Source: the human T2T-CHM13v2.0 reference genome, Homo sapiens. Taken from it: a DNA stretch of 64,000 nucleotides. The notes under the pieces were generated by a model. The model saw nothing but the letters and a program-made list of their open reading frames with translations. It did no database searches and had not been told where the DNA came from. Of the stretch, positions 1 through 12,938 are shown in pieces (position 1 is the first letter of the stretch; the number at the start of each line of letters is the position of its first letter). Made by a program: the position numbers and the translations under genes. The stretch lies in NCBI RefSeq assembly GCF_009914755.1, contig NC_060930.1; one strand, given 5' to 3'.

Positions 1-860
1 CCCAGGGAAACACAGACAGAGGCATTTCGGATCCATACCCTGATTTGTCCAAGTGCAACAGCCCACTACGCAGTTAGAGAACCCGGCAGGCAGTAGGCCT
101 CCCCGCGTCAACTGGACTTTGCCTTTTCCTCCTTTCTGGGATGGCTCTGAACAAATCAGTGTGTGCTCAAGTGCAAATACCAATCTACAGTGTATTATCC
201 CTGCAGTGAGAGTGTGGCAGGGGACATCCTGGTTAGGGGGTGGAGGTGATGAGAGGCCGCAGAGGCATCAGCCTGGGGAAGTGGGGTGGCTGTGGAAGAT
301 CCCAACCCTGCAGAGAGTGCACTTGGGACAGGGAACGGTGGAGGGCAAAGCATGCTAGAACTTGCTGTAAGAGCAAGAGGCAGCCTTTGCAACTTTGAGC
401 AGGTGGACTTTGCGGTCCACCAAGCTGCGTCTCAGACCCAAAAAGGAAAAAATAAGCACACCAAAGCCTAAGATCTACTAAGTCACCCTCACAGGAGGGT
501 TCTGGCCATTCACAAGTAGCCATCCTTGGAGAAGCTCCATAGAGTTAAATCACAGCTGTCAACACCTGAGGTGGAACACTCTCTCCTAACCGGGTCTGTC
601 TGGTTCACGTTGTCCAGCTGTGCCCTCGCTGAAACTGGCTTTGCTGTGCCAACATCATCTTCAAATTCATTAATCTTGAGAAGGGGGAAAAACGTGGGCT
701 TGTTTTACTCACTGCCATTGTTCAAACTATGTCGAATTGTGAATTTAAGTTTTTTTGGAAAATTCTTTTCTACACAGTTGCTCTTTTCCCTAACCATTTT
801 GTAACAAAAAATTCCCCCTAAAGTAGATTATTTTAGACTAAAATTATATGTATTCAGGGT

Positions 861-896
861 TTATATATATAGCATATATAGATATATATGTATGTA

Positions 897-946
<50 letters not shown>
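861..946. repeat. Compound (TA)n/(TG)n/(TA)n microsatellite
   Basis: (TG)n about 897-919 followed by (TA)n about 919-946, with TA-rich sequence before it. Confidence 0.95.
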
Positions 947-950
<4 letters not shown>

Positions 951-989
951 CATACCAGGGTAATTTCATGCCTTCAATGTAGACTGTGT

Positions 990-1215
990 TTCTTTTTTTA
1001 ACATTTTATTTGGAAATAATTTCAAACTTACAGAGAAGTTACAAGAATAAGAGTAGTACAAAGAACATCCATTCACCCTTTACCCAGATTCACCTCTTGC
1101 TAATACTTGATCCCATTTGCTCTGTTTAGACAATATTTTTTTGAGCTATTTGGGAGTAAGCTGCATTCATCATGGCACTTTATTCCTAAATACTTCGCTG
1201 TACATCTCCTCATGC
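990..1215 (-). mobile_element. Old L1 (L1MC-like) 3' end fragment
   Basis: ttttattTGGAAATAATTTCAAACTTACAGAGAAGTT...TTTACCCAGATTCACC resembles the reverse complement of the L1MC 3' UTR. Confidence 0.6.
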
Positions 1216-2596
1216 TAGGAAACTTGCACAGCCACAGTCCACATTGTCAACATCAGCGATTGCTCCAGGAAGCTGTGTCTAGGTCTGCAGGCCTCTTGAA
1301 GGCTGGTGCACTAATGTTCTATCACTTGTCTCAGCAAAGGGGATCACGGCTTGTGGCTCTCAAGTCCCAGACTCGTGCCAGCATCCGTTTGCCATCCATC
1401 AGAGACCTGAACAGCAGTGGGGTGCTGGTTCCCAGGGCTTCCAAGACCAAGAGCCCTGTCTGCTTCCTAGTCTTGAGCAGAGCTGAGCTTCCCAATCCTT
1501 TCTTCTCCAGCTCCCCATCTCTGTTTTGTCTTGAGAACATAGAAGAGAATCTTCTGATGAGGTGGGCAATCTAGCATTGTTTTCCACGCCAGATGTCCTA
1601 ATTCCGTGATTCTGCGTCATGTTCCCCAATGCCCATGATGTTATTTAATGTGGCGACAATGGACTGACTGTGGTCACTGCAGATCCCATCCTTCACTTAG
1701 GTCCAGGCATCTGACTGCATCAAGGGGCCACGGTAAGAACTGCTCCAGCTCTAGAATACCTGGATCTGAGACCAAATGTCAGACACTGGTTCCCAGGCTG
1801 GCTCGTGTAGAGTTTAGTCTGTCCCAGTGGCACTTCTCCCTGACTCATAACAATCCCTGCTTCACGTCAGCATGTCAGACTGACAGCAGTGAAAAGGTCG
1901 AGTTAAGAGTTGGGCCATGTTCATCCATTGATAGCTCAGATGCCCTCTGGAAAAGCATGAGATGATTCTATTCCAGCTGCTGAAATCCCTTAAATCTTCT
2001 TCCGAAACCTGCCTGCAAGTCCATTTCCATAGCTCATTCACTTTGGAATAGATTACCTCCAGAACATGGAAAATTGGTTTCTTGCCCTTTGAAAGTGTGT
2101 GTACAGTCCTCAGCGTTTGGTGCTGGCTGAAAGTTCCCGAGTCATTTGACCCAAGTGGGAAAGGCTGGCTCTCATGAAGATCATTCTAAATTGGTGTCTT
2201 CTTCTGTTATGTAATCCCAGGGGAGGGCAGGGGGATCTCATAGACTCCCGAACCGTGTTTACAGCACAGAGGACACGTGTCTATTTATACAAGCTCTGTG
2301 CGTCTTAGACTGATTATACAAGCAGGACTATTTTCATTCTTCTGCCAGCATCTTCCTGTAAGAGCAGAGGGCTTGGGCGTCATACTGGGGAGTGGGGGTT
2401 CAATTGTCTGTAAGACAGAACTGCAGACCTCCCCAAACGTAAATCTTTCACATAGATGAATTTTTAATGGAAATCAATTTCTCTCCTCCAAATAAGCTTT
2501 TGATTTCTTAGAAGATAAAGACTGCTTACTGTTGATTCCTAACATTGTATTTCCTTTCTTTTCCCCTTCTCTCCGGTCTGTCCAACCTGTCGGCAG

Positions 2597-2757
2597 CTGT
2601 CCGTACCTGGCGGTGAAAATCACCCCTGCCATCCCTGCAGTCGCTGGCATCCTGTTCTTCTTTGTGATGGGGACCCTGCTCCGCACCAGCTTCAGCGACC
2701 CCGGAGTCCTCCCACGAGCCACGCCTGATGAAGCCGCCGATCTGGAAAGGCAAATAG
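2597..2757 (+). CDS. ZDHHC14: ZDHHC14 internal coding exon (probably exon 2): transmembrane helix plus conserved DPG motif of a DHHC palmitoyltransferase
   Basis: Acceptor ggcAG ends 2596; donor G|GTAACA at 2758. Translation CPYLAVKITPAIPAVAGILFFFVMGTLLRTSFSDPGVLPRATPDEAADLERQI matches the ZDHHC9/14/18 subfamily and I recognise it as ZDHHC14. It ends in phase 1, compatible with the exon at 53000 (G|AT = Asp). Confidence 0.95.
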
Positions 2758-3989
2758 GTAACACTGAAAGTCTGCCCATGGCCTCTGGTCACTTCCCGCC
2801 TGGGCCCAGCTACAGTGGGGACGGCAGGCCGAGGGCTGTGCAGGAGGAGCTGAGCGCTGGGAAGGAAGGAGGCCAGAAGTCAGCGTTCCTTAGCTCGCTG
2901 GGTGGGCAGGATGAGCTGAAGAAGAGGTGGGATATAAGGCTGGAGGGACAGGTATCCTGGAGGCAGGACTGCAGGCCCACTCGAGCAAAGCATCAGTGTG
3001 AGCTGTGCTTCTGATGTTTCTTTGAAACCCAAGTGTTTGATTCCACTCTACTAAGCAGCCTCCACCCCGAGAGATTACAGTTGTAGGTTGCTGCCCTTTC
3101 TCCCTTTTGCAATCCTTGGAGCATGACCAGTTTCCATGATATAAATCTAGGAAAGTTACATCTTAGGCAGCTTTCTTGTTTATCCAGGCCAGGATTGAGA
3201 ATTTCCTTTATTTAGGTATAATAAACATGTATCTGTGATATGTATTGAGATGAATAGCTTTATTTTTCCTTAGATATTAAAACCTATACTAAAGTTTATT
3301 ACAACCCATTTTGAAGATATTAAAACAGATCCTAATCCCTTACACAACAAACTTTTACAGTTTTTTTTTTTTAATTAAAAGGAGTGCTTTTTCTTGCTCT
3401 TAAAAGTTTGTGATTGTGAATGTATAGCTTTGCTGTGGTGCTTTGGTAAATTTCACAAGCATGGCAGAGGAGCTGTGATGACTTGGTGTGAACATAATGT
3501 TTAGGCCTGAAAAATCACTTGGCAGAGATAATTCTCTTCCAGGATTCCTCCTATTCTATGGACTTTCCTTTGCAGCCTTCACTAAAGCTGGAGGGACCTC
3601 CCTGTCTACAGTGTAAGAAGATAGAGCTGTGGATCTTGCTGAAAAGTGCCTATTCTGGTCCTACCATTCCCCAAGTACTAAAGCACAGCTTTGTCCTTCT
3701 CTCGACATCTGCCTTCATCCTTCATCCCTGCTGCCTGGAAAGGGAGCAGTAAAATGGGAGTGTGTGGAGTGTGTGGTGTCATCTGCTAGACTGCAGCTGT
3801 CTTGTGTCCTGAGGTAGGAAGGAGGGGGAGGGAGAAGCAGCAGTGGGCAGACAATCTCTTTCTTAGCCCCTGCATCATGGGATTCCAAGACAGGGCATGC
3901 TAGTGCATAATTTTAAGGCTCACATTTTGTAGCACTTTAATCGTTTGTCAGGCCCATCCATGGCTATCACTGCATTTTTTTCCACATCT

Positions 3990-4135
3990 AAGCCACCTAG
4001 TAAGGAAAACTTTATTATTACACCCATTTTACAGATAAGGAAACAAAGCCCCCAAGAGGGGCTTAAATGGGTGAAAGTGGCAGAACTGGAGCCTAGAACC
4101 CAGGTTTCCAGATTTCAGACCTTGTTCTTTCCAGC
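3990..4135. mobile_element. MIR SINE fragment
   Basis: MIR core motif CCCATTTTACAGATAAGGAAAC. Confidence 0.65.
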
Positions 4136-4377
4136 TCCTCATATCATTGAGGAGAGAGAGGGAAGTCAAACCTAGTTTCCTTCAAAACTGTATGGTTTAT
4201 GCCTACAATATATGAGCAGGTAACTTGAAAATCCTCTTCTCAGTGCAAGGGCCCAGCTCCCATACTGGGGGTGATGCAGTTTCCTGCAGTGATCCCCATC
4301 TCCAGGTTAGTGCAGGTGCATCTGCAAAATCAGCACGATTAGGAACAGACTTTCTGCCTTTCTTACAAAGTGGATGA

Positions 4378-4693
4378 GGCAGGGCACGGTGGCTCATGCC
4401 TGTAATCCCAGCACTTTGGGAGGTCAAGGTGGGAGGATCACCTGAGGTCAGGAGTTTGAGACCAGCCTGGCCAACCTGGTGAAACCCCATCTCTACTAAA
4501 AATAAAAAAAATTGGCAGGGTGTGGTGGTGCGAGCCTGTAGTCCTAGCTACTGGGGAGGCTGACGCAGGAGAATCGCTTGAACCCAGGAGGCGGAGGGTT
4601 GCAGTGAGCCAAGATGGTGCCACTGCACTCCAGCCTGGGCAACAGAGCAAAACTCTGTGTCAAACAACAACAACAACAACAACAACCAAAAAA
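4378..4693 (+). mobile_element. Alu (AluS-like) with (CAA)n tail
   Basis: GGCAGGGCACGGTGGCTCATGCCTGTAATCCCAGC..., dimeric structure, CAA-repeat tail. Confidence 0.95.
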
Positions 4694-4694
4694 T

Positions 4695-5397
4695 AGAATA
4701 GTGAGATGCCACTTCACACCCTCTAGGATGGCACTAATCAAAAAGACTGACAATGACAAATGCTGGTGATGATTTGGAGAAACTGGAACCCTTGTACATT
4801 ACTGGTGGGATTGTAAAATGGTACATCCACTTTGGAAAGCAGTTTCTCAGAATTCTCCAAAAGCTAAACACCATTACTATATGACCCAGCAACTCCACTC
4901 CTAGATATGTCCACACAAGGACTTGTATATGAATATTCATAGCTGCATGAAACCTAACAACCCAGATGTCCATCAGAGGATGAACTGATGATCCATATGT
5001 GGTATATCCATACAATTGGATTCCATGAAGCAATAAAAGGGAAGAAAAGTATTGATACAGGCTACAACATGGACATTAAAGACATTTGCTAAGGGAAAGA
5101 AGCCAGATACAAAAGACTATGTACTGTGTGATTCCATTTGTATAAAATGTCAAAGAAAGCACAAATCTTTACAGACAGAAAGGAGATTAGTGATTTCCTG
5201 GGGCTGGGAGGGTAGGAGTGCAGGTTAACTGCACATGACATGAGGGAGCTTGTTGGGATTATGAACATGGTCTAAAATTAAGTCGTGGTGATGGTTGCAC
5301 AATGCAATAAATTCACTACAAGTCACTGAATTGCACACTTTCTATGGTGACTGCTGTGGTACATAAATTATACCTCTATGAAGATGTAAAAAAAAAA
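4695..5397 (+). mobile_element. L1MB-like LINE 3' fragment (ORF2 C-terminus / 3' UTR remnant)
   Basis: GAGATGCCACTTCACACCCTCTAGGATGGC, ATATGACCCAGCAACTCCACTCCTAG and an A-rich end are typical of an L1M 3' region. Confidence 0.8.
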
Positions 5398-5406
5398 GGA
5401 GGAGGA

Positions 5407-5701
5407 GGCCGGGCGCAGTGGCTCACGCCTGTAATCCCAGCACTTTGGGAGGCCGAGGCAGGCAGATCACGAGGTCAGGAGATCGAGATCATCCTGGCTA
5501 ACACAGTGAAACCCCGTCTCTACTAAAAATACAAAAAAAATTAGCCGGGTGTGGTGGCACACACTTGTAGTCCCAGCTACTCGGGAGGCTGAGGCAGGAG
5601 AATGGCATGAACCCGGGAGGCAGAGCTTGCAGCCGAGATCACGCCACTGCACACCAGCCTGGGCGACAGGGGAGACTCCCCCTAAAAAAAGAAAAAAAAA
5701 A
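5407..5701 (+). mobile_element. Alu (AluY/Sc-like)
   Basis: GGCCGGGCGCAGTGGCTCACGCC...GATCACGAGGTCAGGAGATCGAG...CCTGGCTAACAC; inserted in the A-tail of the preceding L1. Confidence 0.95.
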
Positions 5702-5789
5702 GTAGAAGGAGGGTGGGAAGGGAGAGAGGAAAAAGATGGGGTGGAAGAAGCAGAAGGAAAAGAGGAAGGAGAGGGCTTTGGAGGGCCTC

Positions 5790-5980
5790 AGACATGGGTT
5801 TGAATCCTGGCTCACCCTTTCTCTAGTTGCGTGACTTAGGTGAGCGGTGCAGTTTTCTAAACTCTATCCCTCTGTGTTCTTATCTGTGAAATAGGAGTAA
5901 TGGCATGGATCTTTTGAGGTTCTTTTCAGGATTAGCAATTATAGGAAAAGTGCCTGGCACATTGTAGATGTGTAGTAAAT
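5790..5980. mobile_element. MIR SINE
   Basis: GGGTTTGAATCCTGGCTC...TATCTGTGAAATAGGAGTAAT...GTGCCTGGCACATTGTAG. Confidence 0.65.
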
Positions 5981-8328
5981 GATCGTTTTTTGTTTTGTCT
6001 AATTCTTCTCTTTTCCCACTCAGTTTTCTCTCCACCTTCTACAAATGTACGTTCTCATAAAAAGCTACCTAAGCGTGACAGGAATAAATGGCAGAGCTGG
6101 TACAATGTCTTTGGGACCGCTGCCTGCCAGCTTAGCTGTACCTCCTCCAGGCTGAGGAAGGGGTGCAGGCACCTGCAAGCTGGGCTCATTTCCATCACTG
6201 ATCTAACCCTTCATAAGGAGTCCTCCCGTATACTACTTGGCTTTGGAAGATAAGGTTGTTTCAATGAAATCTTAACACATTTATGTTGTGCTATCTGGCT
6301 AAAGAAAGAAAAATGAACAATTAGATTTGGAAACTTTTTATGGTTAGAGTTATTCATTCTAATTATCCGTTGTAGATCTCTTCCTTATAGAAGCCCATAA
6401 TGGCCCCTTGGAATCAGCCATCTGAGTAATTTATTGAAGATTTGCCAAGGATTTAAACAGCTTTCCCCTGTCTTCAAACTTCTGAGAGGAGTAGGTGGGG
6501 AGGAGGAGGGCTCTGGGCTTCAGAGTCTGTTTCAAGGCTCTTGAAATGCCTTACACTTCTCTCTTCTGAAAGAATGTTCCCGATGACTTAGGGTGCAGCT
6601 AAAAAGACATCAAAGAATAGCAGCAGGGGGCCAGGGAAGCTGGGGTCACTGGAGGCTTGCTTGGAAACTTCAGTTTCAGAAACTCAGTTTTTACAGTTCA
6701 CCCAAGGATGATCTGATCGTAAGCAACTGATTTGGGGTTAGAAAAAAATGACAAAAACTGTACTAGAAATCACAGGATCAAAGTGTTGAATTTCTATTAG
6801 GGATAGACCTTTCCAGGGATCAAAATAGGGGAAAGTATTTCACATTCCACAGGTTTCGTCTCTTCCCACCCGTTCCACCGTCCTGACCCGATGCTGAGAC
6901 TAAGGAAGTCAATGCGGAGAGTGAGTGAGGAGCTGAAATGTGAGCTTTGGCTCCCAAAGCAAGGCTAGTGATTTAGGAAGCGCCTCTTCCAAGCCACAGT
7001 AACCCAGATACCATATACATGATGGACTTTGCTTGGTAAGGGTGGAACCAGATCAAAGGATGCTGGTGGGCTTTTAAAAATTCACTTGCGTTGTGGCAGA
7101 ATCTGAAGACCGATTACCTCCACTCTGTACATGTTGCTGACGAGGTAGAATGCCACTTCCCCAGGCAGAGTAGATGCACCCGTGTGTGCACGCACGTGCA
7201 CGTGTGTGTGTGTTCCTTCTCTCCTTCCTCCTCTACTCCCTCTCCCTCCTTCTCCCCTATCTTCGGTCATCACCCAATAAACTTTCTTGTAGTACGCAGA
7301 ACCAATCACTTTACTAAGAGTAAAGCTTATCTTTTGTTATTTCCTAAATTAATCCTTGAAAGAGTCTCTCGAGGAAATTTCTAGAAAGCACAGCACAGCA
7401 ACTTCCTGACCCTAGGAAAGCCTGGATTTGTCAGGGACACAGTTCCACCCCATCCTAGACAGAGCATCCCCTGGGAAGACTTCCACAACCACAGGAAGTT
7501 TTGACCCACTGATTTGACTTGCTGGGCTTTTCCCGCATCAAAGATATCTTAATTCTGTATTTAAGAGTAGAAACATTTTAATTGGAATTTTAACAACACT
7601 AATGGATTTTTGTTGGAGAAGATGCTTTCTGAGGAAAAGACTAAGTCAATTTAAGACCATAATTTTCTCTATCGCACAAATTATTTCCAATTGTTTTCAT
7701 TTAGATTGTTATTTCACTAAAATTCTTTTTATTGGAGTCATTTCTTCTCTGCATAAAATTTATAACTAAGATTTTTCACCAATCAGTATTATGAAAGCTG
7801 CCATTATGAATTTTTTATAGAACTATTATTTCTACTAAGAAAAATTTTTTTTGTGATTTGATTTTTTACCATATGCAATTTTGGGGGTCTTTTTGTTGGG
7901 TTTTTTTAAGGCAGTATTAATTTCATTTTCTGTTGTCAATATTCACCATAAAATGGCTTTAAAATTTGATGGTTTCATTGATTTGGTTTCATTGATTTTT
8001 GCCTAATGAGTAGTCTACTGGCTGTGGTTGATCTGTGATTGAATCTTCATACACTGCGCAGTCGCTTTGTGTACTGTATACTAGTTGTCCATACTGTTGA
8101 ATATACACCCCTCCCCAAAAAAAAAAAATCTGGCAGGGTCAACATAGCAGGCATTAAAGGTGGCTAATTTGATTGCTTTTTGCCAGTTTTCTTTTCAGAA
8201 GGTGAGATTTTCTGAACATTTCCCCCAATTCATATTTGCATCTTTTTACTCACCTCCAATATCACCACAATTCATGCTTTGTGTCGTTTTTATTTGCAGT
8301 GGCCCTTTCAGCCTCTCACGCACTCTGA

Positions 8329-8770
<442 letters not shown>

Positions 8771-10197
8771 TGACCGTCACTGTGATGCCGCCTCAGTAGC
8801 CTTTGGGCTTCCTCCTTCACTACCAGCTTAAGCACTTACCTGTGACCATGAAATGAAATATTCCTCGTGCTTTTACCATGTGTCTGTGTGATGGGTCTGC
8901 TGGGCCCTGATGAACAGGCCAGACAGTGTTCATGGCTGTTGTTGATGAAGCGTCTCTCCCCGTGTAGGATGTGGCCGCGGCATTTGCCCACCATCTGTAT
9001 CCTGTTATACCTGTGAGGATGCCAGTGCTTGGGAGGAAAGGGGTTTGCCAGAGGTCACTTGGCCAGAGCTGGGAGTCCAACACCTGCCTATCTGATATCA
9101 CAGCGTGTGCTCTTACCCGCTGCACAGTGCTGCCCACCTCCTGCTGCCTGAGGAGCCAGGCCCTGAGGAAGCCATGCTTGGCTCCCTGGAGCAGTGGCAC
9201 TTCCCCTTCCCATGGACCACATCCTCTCTCCCCGGTACAGCCTCGAGCTTCGAAACAGAAAGCCGAGCCTAGTATGCCGCGGCCGGCGGGCTTGGTTCTC
9301 AAATCCTGGGCTCCAGTGGGTGTAGCAGGAAGAACTTCGGGGAATTTCCAGACAATCTAACTCCCCTCTTGGAGCTTCTTGAAGATTCAGGGGCCTTTTT
9401 CTAGTGGGACGCTCACTGATGTCTAGATGTTCCGTGATGTTTGAGGCAAGGGAGAGTGGGGGAGTCCCATCGTGCCGGACATACCTTCTGGAAGAGACAA
9501 AGGCTTCTAAAAAGGTACATCCTAGAAAAAAATGTAGCTTCCTTGTCTGGGGGAAGTGCCAGAACCATCTAGAGTGCATGGATGCCAGGAAGTGGGGCAG
9601 TGAGACTCCTGCACAAGGTCAGGGTGGCAGCTCGGGATGTCGAGATTCCGATGTCCCTTTAACAAGAAACCCCAGCCTGGGAGAACTGGAAACCAGATGT
9701 CACAACTCAAAATTATGGTATTTGGGGAAATACCACAAGATTTTGAAGGGTCTGATTCTAAGGGAAGGAGGGAGCCAGAGATGTTTTTCCACAGGATTTG
9801 GAAGGATGTGTGGTTTTCATCCAGGACATTCAAGGAAGCCAGTGTTATTTATTCTTCCTATGGAAATCCAAACTTGTGGGAATGTACCATGTGTTGGAAT
9901 TGAAGCCATTGTCTGATGCAAACATATTTCCGTGATTTTGAAGTTGGCGACATTACTATACACTGATTGGCATGGGGACTTAGGAGGACAGCTCCAGAAA
10001 GCTGTCTTGTAGCTCCTGTCTCCTGGTGGACGTCCTTCACAGAATTGTCTTCTTGGTCCTCTAGAGAGCTTTGTGGGTGGAAAGTGGCATTTTCCTCCTT
10101 ACAGGAAGAGAAATTGAGAGAAGGGGGTTATTTCACTTGATGAGATCACACTTTGGTGCTCAGCCTGCACTGAGCCTAGGAGTGTGAATTCCTAAGT

Positions 10198-10678
10198 TCA
10201 CATAGGCATTCTAGAGAGACCACAGCATCACATAGTCATTCTAGCTAGCGACCGCAGCATCACACAGACACTCTAGAGAGACCACAGCATCACAAGACAC
10301 GCTAGAGAGACCACAGTGTCACACAGGCATTCTAGAGAGACCACAGCGTCACACAGGCATTCTAGAGAGACCACAGTGTCACACAGACATTCTAGAGAGA
10401 CTGCAGTGTCACACAGGCATTCTAGAGAGACCACAGTGTCACACACACGCTCTAGAGAGACCACGGCATCACACAGGCACTCTAGAGAGACCACAGCGTC
10501 ACACAGGCACTCTAGAGAGACCACAGCGTCACACAGGCACTCCAGAGAGACCACAGTGTCACACAGACACTCTAGAGAGAACACGGTGTCACACAGACAC
10601 TCTAGAGAGAACATGGTGTCACACAGACACTCTAGAGAGACCATGGTGTCACATAGGGATTCTAGCGACCACAGTGTT
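10198..10678. repeat. 30-bp minisatellite (VNTR), about 16 units, consensus CACACAGGCATTCTAGAGAGACCACAGTGT
   Basis: Direct tandem periodicity of 30 nt. It generates the repetitive ORFs (SHRHSRETTV)n and (VSLECLCDTV)n on the two strands. Confidence 0.95.
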
Positions 10679-11299
10679 TCCCCTCCTGAATGTCCCTCTT
10701 TGTGTAGTTTGTGTACCTGTGTAAAGATGTGAAATCTCCTCTGTAGAATTGATGAACTCCTCCCTAAAGCCAGGATACCACTTCCTTTCAGGTAAGGGGA
10801 AGTCTATCTTTCTCTTACTGCACCAATGTCACTTTCTTTAGAGTTTGTGTTGAGCTGGCACGATGATGGCGTACAGCAATGTTGACATGCTCTGCTAAAA
10901 CACAGAATATACTGTGATTATAATCAGTTCTTATATACAGGGCCATGGAAGGGGAAGGATGATGGCATAACCAGGGTGAGGAGAAGGTCATCCTGAGGGC
11001 AAGGAACACAGAGGTTGTGGTGTAGTGGGGAGTAAAGGACCAAGTGGCATGAAGAGGATGGAAAACTTGGGACCACATGCATGGTTCAAGAATACAGTCA
11101 AAGCATGGAGAGAGTGGTCTGGAGCATGTTAGTGAAAATTCCAGGCCCACCCCTACCCAGCCAAGGGCATCAAGAGAGGTGATGACTTGTGGGTCTGTCC
11201 ATCTCTCACAACAGCTTTCCGTGTCCCCTCCCTTCCTCCTGGGGTGCTGGCCACTGCAGGGCTCTGAGTCATGGGACATTCCAGCTTAAAGGGACCTCA

Positions 11300-11450
11300 G
11301 CAGTCATGGAGGTCACCCTGGACAACTCCTTTGGTTTACAGATGAGTAAACTGAGGCTCAGAGACAGGTGTAACTCCACCCACTGACAACAGAGCCAATC
11401 AGTGACAGGCCTGGGACCCTGGCATGGGGTCTGGTTCCAAGTCCAGGTAT
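11300..11450. mobile_element. MIR SINE fragment
   Basis: Core TTTACAGATGAGTAAACTGAGGCTCAGAGA. Confidence 0.65.
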
Positions 11451-11499
11451 ATATAGCCCTCCTTTAACTTCCTGGCTCCTGAAACAGAATATCTAAATC

Positions 11500-11655
11500 T
11501 TTGCTACTCAAACTGAGGCCCATGGAAGAGTAATGTCAGCATCGCCTGGGAGTTATTAGAAATGCAGACTCTTGGGCCCTGACTCACCTGGTAAATCAGA
11601 ATCTGCATTGCAACAAGACCACAGGTGAGTCACCTGAATGTGAGAAGCACAGCCC
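11500..11655. mobile_element. MER5A-like hAT-Charlie MITE
   Basis: CAGCATCGCCTGGGAGTTATTAGAAATGCAGACTCTTGGGCCC...AATCAGAATCTGCATT. Confidence 0.65.
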
Positions 11656-12938
11656 TGGGGCCTTTCCACGTCCCTCCTGTGACCTTCCTCTACAGCATAG
11701 CCTCTGCTTCCTCTCCACTGCAACTCCCAGGACTGTCGTATTTTCAGGAGTTTTGCTAGCTACAAGTTCCTCTACTTTGAGCGTTCTGTTTAATCACCTC
11801 CCTCCCTGCAGTGCCTGTGAGATAAATAGCGTCTTATTCCTTATTATTACATATTTAAAATAGCCATATGAACTTAGTCTATGACTTTGAGAAGTGTGTT
11901 GACTTCTTGGGGCCTTAGTTTCAGTGTCTGTAAAATAGACCCACTGAGTGCAAAGAGCCATTCCAGCGTTATCATTCCATGATTCTAGAAATAAATCCCT
12001 CTTTCTCCTTTGCTTGGTTGTGAAAATCTGGGAACCTAAATACTTTAGAGGATTATTTCGACGGTTCCACTGCTTAAACAGAAGAAATGACGTCTTCTGT
12101 TAATTTTAAAATGCAAAGCTCCGTGCACACCCATGTAAATTCAACAAGCAAACTGTAGGTACTGCAAAATAAGATATTTCAATGACTCACTGGAATATTA
12201 CTATCATTAGTAGTGTAACTGGCGTATTTGGGAGGATAAAGCAAGATGATGGAACGGTAGCTCTTTTGAGTGAGTGAGGGAGTGAGTCAGTCAGTCAGTT
12301 GGGTTTTAGAAGGAAGCCAGAGATGAAACCCTTCATGCAGAGTCGGCAGGGCAGGGCAGGCGGCACATTGGGCACAATAATCTCTGGAACAGCCCTCTGC
12401 AGTGGATGTGCTGGGCGTGAGGAGGAGGGGAGGCCAGATGGGCTTTTCAGGAGAAAAACCCCCCTGGAGGATGTTAATCAGGGGAGTGGGCAGCTCTTTG
12501 TGCTTGGGAAGTGGGAGGCATTTTTATTCCAAGTGTGGAGGTAACATGAAAGGCAGCTCAGGAACAAAAGGAAGCAAAGGACTCAATGAGGACGGAGGAA
12601 ATGGACCAAGGCAAGGAGGTGTGGCGGGACCTGTTTGGGAGGAGACTGACCTGGGAAGACTGAGCAGGTGCAACGGCATGGAAAAGAGTCCCAGCCATGC
12701 TGAGCCCAGGAGGGGACTTAGAGAGCAGAGGCTGCTGCCTCAGAAGCCAGGCCTTCCCTGCAGAGCCTCTCAGGGACAGCTTGTTTCCTAGCGGCCCCAG
12801 GAGCCTTCTACACCCTGCCTTATAATACACATCTGCAAGTTTTTGGTGGCTGGAGTTGTGACTGGGAATCTGATCTAACCTAGAGCCATCTGCCAAACTA
12901 CACACTCAGACTGTCCCTGATTACCTCTCACACCTCAT

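Noticed and set aside
2532-3014. 160-aa ORF as a stand-alone gene
   Set aside because: Only 2597-2757 is ZDHHC-like. The N-terminal part is the translated polypyrimidine tract from a TTG start. The C-terminal read-through is kept only as a hypothesis under findings.
10273-10732. Repetitive ORFs (SHRHSRETTV)n and (VSLECLCDTV)n; CRISPR-like periodicity
   Set aside because: These follow from a 30-nt unit (a multiple of 3). There are no unique spacers or cas genes and the context is a eukaryotic intron, so this is a minisatellite.
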